DNA from: Candidatus Methylomirabilis oxygeniifera
Lineage (GTDB): Bacteria > Methylomirabilota > Methylomirabilia > Methylomirabilales > Methylomirabilaceae
Assembly: GCA_000091165.1 (NCBI GenBank)
Contig: FP565575.1
Coordinates: 30,001 to 62,000, forward strand
Length of the DNA: 32,000 nt
Direction of reading: 5' to 3'
The position numbers were made by a program, and so were the translations under genes. Positions 1 to 9,029 of the stretch are shown in pieces. How positions within the stretch are numbered: position 1 is the stretch's first letter; every line of letters begins with the position of its first letter. The notes under the pieces are model-generated. The model saw only the letters and a program-made list of their open reading frames with translations, was not told the DNA's origin and searched no databases.

Positions 1-2
1 AC

Positions 3-89
3 ATTACGCTGGATGCGTATGCCATGTACAAGCAAGGAAAGAAAATTCCGGAGATCAAGGCGGTAATTGACCGAAAATATGCGAGATGA
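3..89 (+). CDS. 3' end of an unidentified CDS (partial, runs off the window start)
   Basis: Frame 3 is open from the window edge and reads ...ITLDAYAMYKQGKKIPEIKAVIDRKYAR, with TGA at 87-89. No family recognised. Confidence 0.3.
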   Translation: MTLDAYAMYKQGKKIPEIKAVIDRKYAR

Positions 90-101
90 GAGGGGAGAGC
101 T

Positions 102-248
102 ATGGCGATAGATCCCGTGTGCAAGATGACGGTAGACGAAAAACAGGCGGCGGCGACAGCCGTGCATCAGGGGGTGACCTACTATTTTTGCGCCGTAGGC
201 TGCAAGCGCGCCTTCGAACAGTCGCCGGAGAAATACCTGTCGAAATAA
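102..248 (+). CDS. YHS-domain small metal-binding protein (48 aa)
   Basis: ATG 102 is preceded by GAGAGGGGAGAG. Translation is MAIDPVCKMTVDEKQAAATAVHQGVTYYFCAVGCKRAFEQSPEKYLSK. The pattern DPVC.M.V...A....G..YYFC...C...F...P..Y is the YHS/TRASH-type signature. It is too short for the supplied ORF track, which lists a different frame (86..277). Confidence 0.8.
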   Translation: MAIDPVCKMTVDEKQAAATAVHQGVTYYFCAVGCKRAFEQSPEKYLSK

Positions 249-286
249 GCGACAGGCCGGAAGTGCGGGAGCGGTAGTGTATTGCC

Positions 287-1453
287 CTACGCCGCCCGGA
301 GGGCGTCGACGATCTTCATGCGCGCGGCGCGCACCGCGGGCAGGAACCCGCCGGCCAGCCCCATTGTGAGCGCGAAGACCAGCGACTTCCCGACGATCTC
401 CGGCGTCAGCGTGAAGCGGAACGCCAGTTCCGAGAACGACTGCCAATTCATCGTCGAGATCTGGACAAGCTGCATCGCCGACGCGCACGCGAGCCCCACT
501 ACCCAGCCGACCAGTCCGAGAAACAGTGCCTCGGCGAGGAACGCCACCAGGATCGAGCCGCGCCGGAACCCGAGGGCGCGCAGCGCGCCGATCTCCGAGG
601 TGCGGGTTGCCACTGCGGCGTACATAGTGATCATCGCGCCGATCATTGCGCCGACCGAGAAGATGACCGAGAGGGTCAGCCCCAGGTAACTGATGAAGTT
701 CGACATGACCTGCGACTGCTCTTCATAAAAGGTGCGCTCGCGCTTAACGTCGAGCGTCAGTCGCGGATCGGAATCGAGCCGCTGCTTCAGCGCGTCGAAC
801 TGCGACGGATCGGCGAGACGCGCCGCGAGTGACGAGAATGCCGACCGTCGGAATGCCTGGATCATCTGTTCACCGTCGCCCCACACCTCCGAGTCGAACG
901 CCGATCCGCCGGCGTCGAAGACGCCCACCACCGTCCACTCGCGGCTGCCGAAACGGAGTCGTTCGCCGATCCCCGTACCCTCGAAGCGCTCGGCGATGCT
1001 TCTGCCTACTGTGATCTCGGTGCTGTCGGGTCGAAACATCCGTCCGAAGACGACCCGGACCTGGGGACGCAGGGCGAGACCTTGCGCGCCGACCCCACGA
1101 ACAGTGACATTGGTCGGTACGCCGGTGCCGCGCTTGGGCTGCGTGATCAGGACGACCACCTCCTTCGACGCCATCCTCGCCCCGTCAGGGCCGATAGCAA
1201 TCTCCGGCTGGCTCTCGATGATCGCCGCTTGCGCGCGGGCGACAGAACTCTGGATTTCGGTGCCGGAAGAGCGGCGGGTCACCAGGATGTTGTTCGGCTG
1301 TCCGGTCGCGATGAGCGTCTGCTTGAGTCCGGCGTCGAGCATCATCACCACCGCGAACACAAAGACGACGAGCGCCATCCCGCCCGCCGTCAGCGCGGTG
1401 GTATACTTCCGAGCCCAGAGGTTGCGTACACTGTATGAGACGGGAATCGGCAT
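287..1453 (-). CDS. ABC transporter permease, FtsX/MacB family
   Basis: 388 aa with an N-terminal TM, a large periplasmic loop and a C-terminal 3-TM FtsX-like module (...EIGALRALGFRRGSIL...). Sits 16 nt downstream of a paralogous permease. Confidence 0.9.
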   Translation of the reverse strand: MPIPVSYSVRNLWARKYTTALTAGGMALVVFVFAVVMMLDAGLKQTLIATGQPNNILVTRRSSGTEIQSSVARAQAAIIESQPEIAIGPDGARMASKEVVVLITQPKRGTGVPTNVTVRGVGAQGLALRPQVRVVFGRMFRPDSTEITVGRSIAERFEGTGIGERLRFGSREWTVVGVFDAGGSAFDSEVWGDGEQMIQAFRRSAFSSLAARLADPSQFDALKQRLDSDPRLTLDVKRERTFYEEQSQVMSNFISYLGLTLSVIFSVGAMIGAMITMYAAVATRTSEIGALRALGFRRGSILVAFLAEALFLGLVGWVVGLACASAMQLVQISTMNWQSFSELAFRFTLTPEIVGKSLVFALTMGLAGGFLPAVRAARMKIVDALRAA

Positions 1454-1469
1454 GGTTCTCGCTCCGCTG

Positions 1470-2627
1470 TCATCCGACGGCGCGCAGCCCCTCGACGATC
1501 TTGACTGTTGCAGCCCGCCGCCCGGGCACGGCCGCCGCGATCATCCCGACGCCGATCGCGCAGACGATCTGCAGGACAACCGTCTCGCCGCTGACTTTAA
1601 AGACCGGGAATATCGTCCCCACCTTCGCGGCGAACCAGTCGGCGACCGGGAACGTGAGCGCGATGCCGGCCGCCGCGCCGATCACGGCGATCGCCACCGA
1701 TTCGCCGACGATAAGCGCTGCGACGTAGCCGGGTGAGAAGCCGAGGACCTTGAGTGTCGCGTACTCGGAGAGCCGCTCGCGGGCGGTCATTGCCATCGTA
1801 TTGGCCATGACCGCCAGGATGATGACGATCACCACGTAGGAGACGATCCTGATGGCGATGACCAGTGCCTCCGTCTGCTTGACGAAGCCGATCTGAAAGG
1901 CGCGCTCGGTTTCGGTCAGCGTCTCGGCCAGTGAGTTCTTGAACAGGACGTCGATCGCGCGGCTCACCTCGGCGACGCGGTCGATGTCGATGACGTCGAC
2001 CAGGTAGACGCCGACATAGTCGGTCTGACGGCCGGCGCGCTTCTTCATCGTCTCGTTGAGGTACTCCCAGTGGAAGAACATCTGCGAGGTATCGGTCTTG
2101 GTGTCGATGCCGTCGTAGACGGCGCGTACCGTAAACTCCCAGGTGCCCTGGTAGATCGTGCCGCGCAGCGGCAGCGCGTCGCCGACCATGAGATGGTAGG
2201 TATCGGCAATCTTGCGGCCGATGACGGCGCCTTTGCGGTCGCGCAGAAAGGCCGTAAACTCCTCCGGCACGACGAGGTATTCGGGGTACATGGCGAAATA
2301 GGTGCGCGGTTCGATGGCGAACTGTGGAAAGAAGTTCTTCGGATCCTGGTAGATGCCGGCGAACCAGGTGGCGTGCGAGACGGCGCGCACGCCGTCGACG
2401 GTGCGGATCTGATCGCGATAGCTGAGCGGCAGATGGAACACGAGTGAGACGGCGTTGCGCGTCACGAGGCGCGTCGGGGCCGCACCTGCCGCGCCCGCGT
2501 ACCAGGCGTCCACGACCGTCTGCAACAGCCCGAACGACAGGATCGCGACCACCAGCCCGAGTAGTGTGAGCAGGGTGCGCAGCCTGTGGCGCAGCGCATT
2601 GCGAAGGACGAGCTTCAGGAACTGCAC
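1470..2627 (-). CDS. ABC transporter permease, FtsX/MacB family (second copy)
   Basis: 385 aa with the same architecture (MQFLKLVLRNALRHRLRT..., C-terminal ...EYATLKVLGFSPGYV...). Lies 7 nt after the ATPase gene. Confidence 0.9.
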   Translation of the reverse strand: MQFLKLVLRNALRHRLRTLLTLLGLVVAILSFGLLQTVVDAWYAGAAGAAPTRLVTRNAVSLVFHLPLSYRDQIRTVDGVRAVSHATWFAGIYQDPKNFFPQFAIEPRTYFAMYPEYLVVPEEFTAFLRDRKGAVIGRKIADTYHLMVGDALPLRGTIYQGTWEFTVRAVYDGIDTKTDTSQMFFHWEYLNETMKKRAGRQTDYVGVYLVDVIDIDRVAEVSRAIDVLFKNSLAETLTETERAFQIGFVKQTEALVIAIRIVSYVVIVIILAVMANTMAMTARERLSEYATLKVLGFSPGYVAALIVGESVAIAVIGAAAGIALTFPVADWFAAKVGTIFPVFKVSGETVVLQIVCAIGVGMIAAAVPGRRAATVKIVEGLRAVG

Positions 2628-2634
2628 CGGATGT

Positions 2635-3357
2635 TTACCTCAACGATCGCTCATGGACATCGTCCGCTGTTGACAGCTCCCCTTTATCCAAATACATGAT
2701 GGCGTGGGCCTGGTCGGCGGCGCGACGGTCGTGCGTGACCATCACGATCGTCTTGCCAAGGTCGGTGTTCAGGCGATCCATGAGCGTGAGCACCTCCTCG
2801 GCCGAGTGGCGATCGAGATCGCCGGTCGGCTCGTCGGCCACGATCAGCCGCGGGTCGGCGATGATCGCGCGCGCGATGGCGACACGCTGTTGCTGCCCGC
2901 CGGACAGCTCCGAGGGGTAATGTGCCATGCGATCCGACAGACCGACGAGTTCGAGCGCCGCCTCGACGTGCTCGCGCCGCTCGTGTCGGGTCAGCCGCGT
3001 CAGTGTGAGCGGCAGTTCAACGTTCTCGAAGGCTGTCAGGACCGGGATTAGGTTATAGAACTGAAAGATGAAGCCGACCGTCCCTGCGCGCCAATCTGCA
3101 AGCTCGGCCTCAGACAGGCGGGTGATATCGATACCGTCGAAGAGAATCTCCCCGGTGTCGGGTTTGTCGATGCCGGCGATCAGGTTGAGCAGCGTCGACT
3201 TACCCGATCCCGACGGGCCCATCAGGCCGAGGAAGTCGCCCGTACGCACCTCGAGGGTGATGTCGGTCAGTACCGGCACGATCTGTCCGCCTCGCCGGTA
3301 GGACTTTGCAACGTTGCGGATGTCGATCAGCAGCGGCGGAGCGGCGGTCTCATTCAC
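2635..3357 (-). CDS. ABC transporter ATP-binding protein (MacB/LolD-like)
   Basis: Walker A GPSGSGKST, ABC signature LSGGQQQRVAIARA, Walker B IVADEPTGDLD. Confidence 0.95.
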   Translation of the reverse strand: MNETAAPPLLIDIRNVAKSYRRGGQIVPVLTDITLEVRTGDFLGLMGPSGSGKSTLLNLIAGIDKPDTGEILFDGIDITRLSEAELADWRAGTVGFIFQFYNLIPVLTAFENVELPLTLTRLTRHERREHVEAALELVGLSDRMAHYPSELSGGQQQRVAIARAIIADPRLIVADEPTGDLDRHSAEEVLTLMDRLNTDLGKTIVMVTHDRRAADQAHAIMYLDKGELSTADDVHERSLR

Positions 3358-3376
3358 GAGCGGTTGCCTCGCGGTA

Positions 3377-4588
3377 TCACTTTCGGTCCGTCTTGACGCG
3401 CGTCCCGTCGCCGACCTTGTCGAGGGGGGTGAGGACGATCTTCTCTCCGGCCTGGATGCCGCTGACCTCGATGAGGTCGCCGAGCGCGCGACCGGTTTCG
3501 ATCTTGGTACGGACGGCCCTGCCGTCTTTCACCATGAGGACGACCTTCTGTCCGTCACGTTCGACAACCGCCTGCCTTGGGACGGCGGTGACCGGCTTCC
3601 GATCGGAGGTGGCCACCTCGCGCTCAAGAAATGCGACCTTGGCGCTCATATCCGGCAATACGCGCTGATCGCGATCCGTGAAGCCGATCTTGACCATTAC
3701 TGTTGCCTTCGCGCGGTCAACGGTCGGTACGATCCGGTTGACCACGCCGGCAAAGCGCGTGTCGGGTACGGCGTCGAGCTGGATCTCGCACGGCTGGCCG
3801 ACCGTGATCCGACCGAGCGAGGATTCGGCTACGTCGGCCTCGACCTCGAGCGTCGACATGTCGGCAATGGTGACGACTGCGCCCTTGGTGTCCATGGCGC
3901 TCGAGAACGGGGTGATGTTGTCGCCAACATTGGCGTTCTTGGTGAGCACCACCCCGTCGAACGGCGCGCGGATCAATGTTTGGTCGAGCGAGACCTCGGC
4001 CGCCTTCAGGTTCGCCCGCGCGACAGCAATGGCGGCCTCGCCTGATCGCGCCGCCGCGCGCGCCTTATCGGCCCGCGCCACCGCGGTGTCGAGCTCTAAT
4101 TGGCTGATATAGTTGTTCTGGAATAGCTCGCGCCAGCGTGCCAGGTTGCGTTCGGCGTCGCGCAGCTCGGCCTGCGCCTGCTCGAAGTTCGCCTCAGCGA
4201 CGGCAACGTTCGCCGCCGCCTGTTCGCGCGCTGCGGCGACGTCGCGACTCTCAAGCCGTGCGATGACCTCGCGTGTCTTGACACGGCTGCCTTCCATGAC
4301 GCCGAGCCATTCAAGGCGTCCCGTTGCCTTCGACGCCACCGCGGCCTTCCGCTGTGCGACGACATAGCCGGTGGCGTTCAGCATGGTCACCGCCTGCGAC
4401 GGATACGCCGTCGTGACCGAAGCGGTTTCCACCGTTACAGGGCCGCCGAAGCCGCCGGAGAGTCCGAGTATCGCTGCAGCGCCTAACAGGGCGAGACCCA
4501 CGGCCCACGGCCATAGCCGTCGGCGCGCGCGCGGCGCACGGGCCGCGGTCCGGTCGATGCTCAGTTTGGAGAGATCGGGATTACTCAC
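3377..4588 (-). CDS. Efflux periplasmic adaptor (HlyD/MacA-type membrane fusion protein)
   Basis: 403 aa with GTG start and GAGGTG RBS. Has an N-terminal TM (WPWAVGLALLGAAAIL), an Ala/Glu-rich coiled-coil hairpin region, and beta-barrel/lipoyl-type segments typical of MFPs. Confidence 0.9.
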   Translation of the reverse strand: MSNPDLSKLSIDRTAARAPRARRRLWPWAVGLALLGAAAILGLSGGFGGPVTVETASVTTAYPSQAVTMLNATGYVVAQRKAAVASKATGRLEWLGVMEGSRVKTREVIARLESRDVAAAREQAAANVAVAEANFEQAQAELRDAERNLARWRELFQNNYISQLELDTAVARADKARAAARSGEAAIAVARANLKAAEVSLDQTLIRAPFDGVVLTKNANVGDNITPFSSAMDTKGAVVTIADMSTLEVEADVAESSLGRITVGQPCEIQLDAVPDTRFAGVVNRIVPTVDRAKATVMVKIGFTDRDQRVLPDMSAKVAFLEREVATSDRKPVTAVPRQAVVERDGQKVVLMVKDGRAVRTKIETGRALGDLIEVSGIQAGEKIVLTPLDKVGDGTRVKTDRK

Positions 4589-4616
4589 GACACACCTCTA
4601 GAGAAGGGCGCACGAG

Positions 4617-5432
4617 TCAGCTTAGGGCAGTTGAGAGTTCCTGGAGCAAAAGTCCAAGCCGCGTACAGACCGCTTTGGTTCGTCGACCCAGGCCGACCAG
4701 GTGGGAAAGGGTGAATGGATGCATGAGCAGGTATCGCGTCAATCGCGGCAGGTCCGGTTCGCCCTCCGCATCGAGAAACTGATCGAAGCCGACCGCGAGG
4801 TCCTCATGGACCGGATCGAGGATGCCGCGGATGGCCAGGAACGGGATCGAACAGGCCGAGGCCGCAGACGCGATGGCGGCGCTCTCCATGTCGACGGCCA
4901 GAGCACCGGACCCAGCCGCCAGGACCCGTTTCTCCTCCATCGTCAGAATGTGGTCGACGGTGAGGATTGGACCGAGGCAGTGCCGACTGTCCCATCGCCG
5001 GATCACGGTCATAGCCGCGTCCTGCAAACCGGGATCGCACGGAAAGCTTTCCAGTCTCGAATCCCTTCTTCCACACAACACCTGTCCTGAGTTTCGCCGA
5101 AGGATCGTCTGGTTTCCCACAATCAGGTCCCCTGCCTCTACATCAGGGCTTAGCCCGCCAGCGATGCCGAGCGATAAGGCGGCAGCAATAGGCGTTTCTT
5201 TAAAGAGGCGATGGGCAGCGGTTTCGGCGTAGTCCGGTCCTACGCCGGTCTTAGCTACCAGCAGATCGCGGCCCTTAACCGTAATCCGGATCATCGAGTC
5301 CGATCTGGACGCAGGTGGGCCGGTTGGCCGTAAAGCTGTCGCGAGGGGCTTCATCTCTGCCCGCGTCGCCACGAAGACGGCGAACGGCGCGTTACCGACC
5401 GTGCGGGTCCGGGAGGGGTGCGCCGTTGTCAT
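4617..5432 (-). CDS. hpnG: Hopanoid-associated phosphorylase HpnG (nucleoside phosphorylase family)
   Basis: PNP/UDP-phosphorylase-like sequence (FAVFVATRAEMKPL..., GIAGGL, AVDMESAAIA) immediately downstream of shc. The track ORF extends to 5582, but that N-terminus is antisense noise inside shc. I place the start at ATG 5432 (MTTAHPS...), overlapping the shc end by 41 nt. Confidence 0.8.
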   Translation of the reverse strand: MTTAHPSRTRTVGNAPFAVFVATRAEMKPLATALRPTGPPASRSDSMIRITVKGRDLLVAKTGVGPDYAETAAHRLFKETPIAAALSLGIAGGLSPDVEAGDLIVGNQTILRRNSGQVLCGRRDSRLESFPCDPGLQDAAMTVIRRWDSRHCLGPILTVDHILTMEEKRVLAAGSGALAVDMESAAIASAASACSIPFLAIRGILDPVHEDLAVGFDQFLDAEGEPDLPRLTRYLLMHPFTLSHLVGLGRRTKAVCTRLGLLLQELSTALS

Positions 5433-7395
5433 CGTGGCCGGCAGCGGCCTTCTGGAGCAGGGTGCGATAGAGGGAAAGGGCCCAGAGAGGGAAGTAGAGA
5501 CGATAGAGATGATACCGAAGATAGAAGACGCGGGGGAATCCTGTTCCTGTGAATTCTCGTTCCTCCCAATCGCCGTCCGCACCCTGGGTCCGGAGGAGGT
5601 AGTCGATACCTTTTTTCACCGCGGGATGTCGTACGACGCCGGCATGCAACAGTCCCAGGAGCGCCCAGGCGGTTTGCGAAGCGGTGCTTGGTCCCTGACC
5701 GGCTGTCCGTGGGTCCTCGTAGGAATGACACGATTCGCCCCAGCCCCCGTCCGGATTCTGATGGCTGATCAGCCAATCGACAGCTCGCCGGATGTAGGGC
5801 TGATCCATCCGCTCTCCGATAGCTCGAAGCCCGGCCAGTACCGACCAGGTTCCGTAGATGTAGTTGACCCCCCACCGACCGAACCAGCATCCTGTCGCCT
5901 CCTGCTCCCGCTTGAGGAACGCAATACCGCGCTGCGCCGCAGGGGCTGCGTTGCTCCAACCCAGATGGCCAAGCATCTCGAGCATCCGTCCGGTCAAGTC
6001 CGACGTAGGTGGATCGAGCAGCGCCTTGTGGTCCGCGAAGGGGATATCGTTCAGAAACAGCTTGTTGTTATCCTTGTCGTATGAGGCCCAGCCCCCATCG
6101 CTGGATTGCATCGGCAGGACCCACTTGAGCGCCTGCGCGAGCGCTGCGTCTTTGATTGCCTGATCGGGGAGATTGGTCTTGATCAGGGCGGTCATCACTA
6201 CGGCGCTATCGTCGACATCGGGATAGAACTCGTTCTCGAACTGAAAATACCAGCCGCCGGGCTCGGCGTCCGGAGCCTTGACCTTCCAGTCCGCGACCGT
6301 TCGGGTCTGCTTCGAGAGCAGCCATTCGCACGCGGTGATCAGCGCAGGATGATCGGTCGGCAACCCCGATGCAATCAGCGCATTCACCGCCAGACAGGTG
6401 TCCCAGCTAGGGGGGAAACAGGGCTGCACGTGAAGGGTTCGCTCATCTTCTACCTCGAGGGCTTCGATCTGCTTGAAGGCCCTGGCCACTAATGAGTGTT
6501 CGACCTCGTAGCCCAGACAGCGCAACGCGATGACCGAGTTTGCCATGGCCGGATAGATTCCGCCCAGGCCGCCTTCCCCCATGCGGCGCAGCATCCAGGC
6601 CGTGGCCCGCTCCATCGCCAACCGCCGGAAGTAGGATATCGGATGCCACTCATACCAACGAAGCACCCGATCGGCCGCCAGGAAAAGGTTTCGCCTCGCA
6701 AGCGGCTGCGGGTCTCTGGGAAACCAGTAGTCATGCTTTGGCGCGTCCCCCACACGAAGCTCCGCAAGATCGGCGCCGGCGGGGACCGGCGTGATCGGCT
6801 TGTGGGCAAAGATGATCATCAGGGGTGTGAGCACGGTTCTGGACCAGTAGGAGATCGCATGCATATTGAACAACGATCCTTGAGGCAGGAGGAACAGCTC
6901 GATCGGCATGGCCGGGACGCCGCGCCAGTCGAACTGGCCGAAGAGGGCGAGAGTAAATTTGGTGAAGACGTTCGCGCGGAATAGGCCGCCCTGGCGAAGG
7001 ATGACTTCTCGGGCCCGTTGCATGAACGGCTCTGCCTGACTGTGGCCGCATAGTTTCAGCGCGAAATAGGCCTTGACCGTCGTGCTCAAGTGGCTCGGCC
7101 CGCCATAGTAGATATTCCAGCCGCCATCCGGCAGTTGCGTATCGCGCAGGTAGGTTGCCGCCTTGCGCTGCTTTGTTTCGTCTACCTTACCGAGCAGGTA
7201 ACGGAGCATGATGTACTCGGAGGTGAGTGTGGAGTCGGCCTCCAGTTCTGCCGCCCAATAACCTGCGGGATCTTGCATGGCCAGGAGCCGAGACCTGGCC
7301 TGTTCGATCGCCTCGTCAAGCGGGTTACCATCAGCCGGCAGAACAGTGCGTATCATCTCAAGCTGCGAATGTCTTTCAGACGGTACCGACATCAC
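5392..7395 (-). CDS. shc: Squalene-hopene cyclase
   Basis: 667 aa with the catalytic DxDD motif (YPDVDDSAVV) and multiple QW repeats (QDPAGYW, QLPDGGW, QSSDGGW, QNPDGGW, QGADGDW). Confidence 0.96.
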   Translation of the reverse strand: MMSVPSERHSQLEMIRTVLPADGNPLDEAIEQARSRLLAMQDPAGYWAAELEADSTLTSEYIMLRYLLGKVDETKQRKAATYLRDTQLPDGGWNIYYGGPSHLSTTVKAYFALKLCGHSQAEPFMQRAREVILRQGGLFRANVFTKFTLALFGQFDWRGVPAMPIELFLLPQGSLFNMHAISYWSRTVLTPLMIIFAHKPITPVPAGADLAELRVGDAPKHDYWFPRDPQPLARRNLFLAADRVLRWYEWHPISYFRRLAMERATAWMLRRMGEGGLGGIYPAMANSVIALRCLGYEVEHSLVARAFKQIEALEVEDERTLHVQPCFPPSWDTCLAVNALIASGLPTDHPALITACEWLLSKQTRTVADWKVKAPDAEPGGWYFQFENEFYPDVDDSAVVMTALIKTNLPDQAIKDAALAQALKWVLPMQSSDGGWASYDKDNNKLFLNDIPFADHKALLDPPTSDLTGRMLEMLGHLGWSNAAPAAQRGIAFLKREQEATGCWFGRWGVNYIYGTWSVLAGLRAIGERMDQPYIRRAVDWLISHQNPDGGWGESCHSYEDPRTAGQGPSTASQTAWALLGLLHAGVVRHPAVKKGIDYLLRTQGADGDWEEREFTGTGFPRVFYLRYHLYRLYFPLWALSLYRTLLQKAAAGHDDNGAPLPDPHGR

Positions 7396-7397
7396 GC

Positions 7398-8398
7398 CTA
7401 CTCCAAAAAGTTCCAGACGGCCATCCTGAGCATGTCCTTTGGGCTATTTCGGAGCCCGAGGACCACTGAGGCTTCGAAGCCGGAGTGCATCTTGCAATTG
7501 TGGCAGCGCGGGTCCTGGCGGGACTCCCAGTAGTCCCAATCCACACTTTGCCAGAACTCCTCCCACGTCCGATAATACTTCTCCCCAATGAGGTAGCACG
7601 GCCCCCTCCAACCTTGAGGGGTATAGGTGACGGTGCTCCACGGGGAGCAGGGGTACTCGCGCAGGCCGGCCGCAAATTCGAGAAACATCGGGGTAGATGT
7701 CAGTCGATATCCCTTTGACAGCTCGAGCACCCTTTGGAACTTGTGGTGAATCTCCTCGCGAACCAGGAAGAAATCGGATTCGACCGAAACATACTGATAG
7801 CCCGGCGAGAGAAGCATCCCGTCCACCCGATACTCTTGCAGCAGGCGGCACAACGCCTCAACCTCGTCCATGTCGGTCTCTTTGAAGATGGTGTATTTGT
7901 TGTGATGCGATAACCCAACCGCTTGCCTTCCTTGATCATTTCGAGTGCTTTATCGAAGACACCTTCCCTGTCGCAGACCTGGTCGTGCGTCCGCTTCAGC
8001 CCGTCCAGGTGGATGTTGATCGTCAGCCGGTTGTGCGGCGTGATCTGGCCGTAGACGGTTCGATCAAGCATCAACCCGTTCGTGCACAGGTAGATGTGCC
8101 GCTTGCGGGCGATAATTCCCTCCACCAGCTCTTTCAGTTCCGGATAGATCGTGGGCTCTCCACCGCAGAGTGAGACGACCGGGGCGCCCGAGTCATCCGC
8201 CGCCTTCAGACACTCCTCCAGCGTCAATCGGTCCTCGATTCGCCCGGTGTGTCGTTCGACAGAGCACCCCAGACAGGCCAGGTTACACGTATAGAGCGGT
8301 TCGAGCATAAGGACGAACGGATACCGTGTGTTGCCTTTGAGTCCCTGGCGGATCTGGTGCTTCACCATGTCGGTCGTGATGTGCAGCGGAAATCTCAT
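7398..8398 (-). pseudogene. hpnH: Hopanoid biosynthesis radical SAM protein HpnH (adenosylhopane synthase), reading frame broken by a 1-nt shift near 7890-7893
   Basis: The N-terminal ORF 7700..8398 carries the radical SAM CNLACLGC motif and stays family-like up to ...GYRITTNT. The C-terminal ORF 7398..7871 (MDEVEALCRLLQEY...CHNCKMHSGFE) is the rest of the same protein in the -1 frame. Adding one base at AATACA^CC restores ...NTTIFKETDMDEVEAL. This could be an assembly error rather than a true pseudogene. Confidence 0.85.
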
Positions 8399-8601
8399 GC
8401 CGGTACTCCACGACCGACAAAACTATACGCTACCCCCCACTGCCGGTAGCGTGCGAAGACCATCCAGGCGATCCCTGTGAACAGGGCGGTCCACCGCCAT
8501 CTGATAGCGACAGCCGCCGCCATCAGAGAGAATGCTAGAAATGCAAGAACATAGGATCGCAGGAAAACCGTTAAAACAAGGAGTTGGATCGCTTCCGCCA
8601 T
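8395..8601 (-). CDS. Small hydrophobic protein (68 aa, about 2 TM), first ORF of the hopanoid operon
   Basis: ATG 8601 with GAGGGA RBS. Hydrophobic sequence LLVLTVFLRSYVLAFLAFSLMAAAVAI...ALFTGIAWMVF. Its stop overlaps the hpnH start by 4 nt. No family recognised. Confidence 0.45.
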   Translation of the reverse strand: MAEAIQLLVLTVFLRSYVLAFLAFSLMAAAVAIRWRWTALFTGIAWMVFARYRQWGVAYSFVGRGVPA

Positions 8602-8902
8602 TCAGCTCCCTCGCAGTAATCGACTAAATGTCGTCCCGAATCCTGCGTGAACAGTTATAGTATCAGCGGTGGGTCAGCGAGTCAGGGACGAGGTCGAAAC
8701 CCAGCCTTCGGGGTTCTCCGGCCATTGGAATGGATACTACCCCAAAGGGTAGGGTGCATTCCAAGCCGCAGACCTACCGTATTGTGGCAATATAGGCCAC
8801 TGAGTTTGATCAGCCATTGGCCGTTCACGCGGGAACAAAATATATATCACGTCTGACCGGGTGCTGGCAATCCAAAAAGAACACGAAAATGGAAAACGGG
8901 AC

Positions 8903-9029
8903 GGAAAATGGGGACAGATACTATCACCTCACCATCTCCGCCGCCTCACTGGTGCTTCCTGGTGCCGGCCCATCGCTCGACATCCGCGCCAAGCCGTCTC
9001 TTAGATAAGAGTGTCTGTCCCCATTTTCC
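8903..9029. repeat. Perfect 16-bp inverted repeat GGAAAATGGGGACAGA / TCTGTCCCCATTTTCC separated by 95 nt
   Basis: Arms are at 8903-8918 and 9014-9029. Three more pairs follow after one mismatch. The right arm lies 15 nt downstream of the DegT stop. On the minus strand the distal arm is followed by a T-rich tract (GTCCCGTTTTCCATTTTCGTGTTCTTTTTGG). Confidence 0.85.

Noticed and set aside
86-277. 63-aa ORF from the track
   Set aside because: The translation is Arg/Gly-rich. The overlapping frame-3 ORF 102..248 gives a clean YHS domain.
732-1736. Long plus-strand ORF (334 aa), plus other plus-strand ORFs (282..689, 1082..1438, 1435..1728, 2070..2447), opposite the ABC permease genes
   Set aside because: They are Arg/Ser/Pro/Ala-rich low-complexity translations with no family resemblance. 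They lie entirely antisense to well-supported FtsX permease genes, a typical high-GC antisense artefact.
3314-4045. 243-aa plus-strand ORF, plus several others (3306..3668, 3678..4112, 4113..4367), opposite the MFP gene
   Set aside because: It is antisense to the HlyD-family gene and has non-protein-like composition.
5433-5582. N-terminal 50-codon extension of the hpnG ORF
   Set aside because: It lies inside the shc coding region and is not protein-like. The conserved phosphorylase N-terminus begins after ATG 5432.
8955-8975. Possible sigma54 promoter (GGCAC...GCA on the minus strand) upstream of the hopanoid operon
   Set aside because: The GG-to-GC spacing is one base short of the -24/-12 consensus, and the flanking bases do not match TGGCAC/TTGCW.
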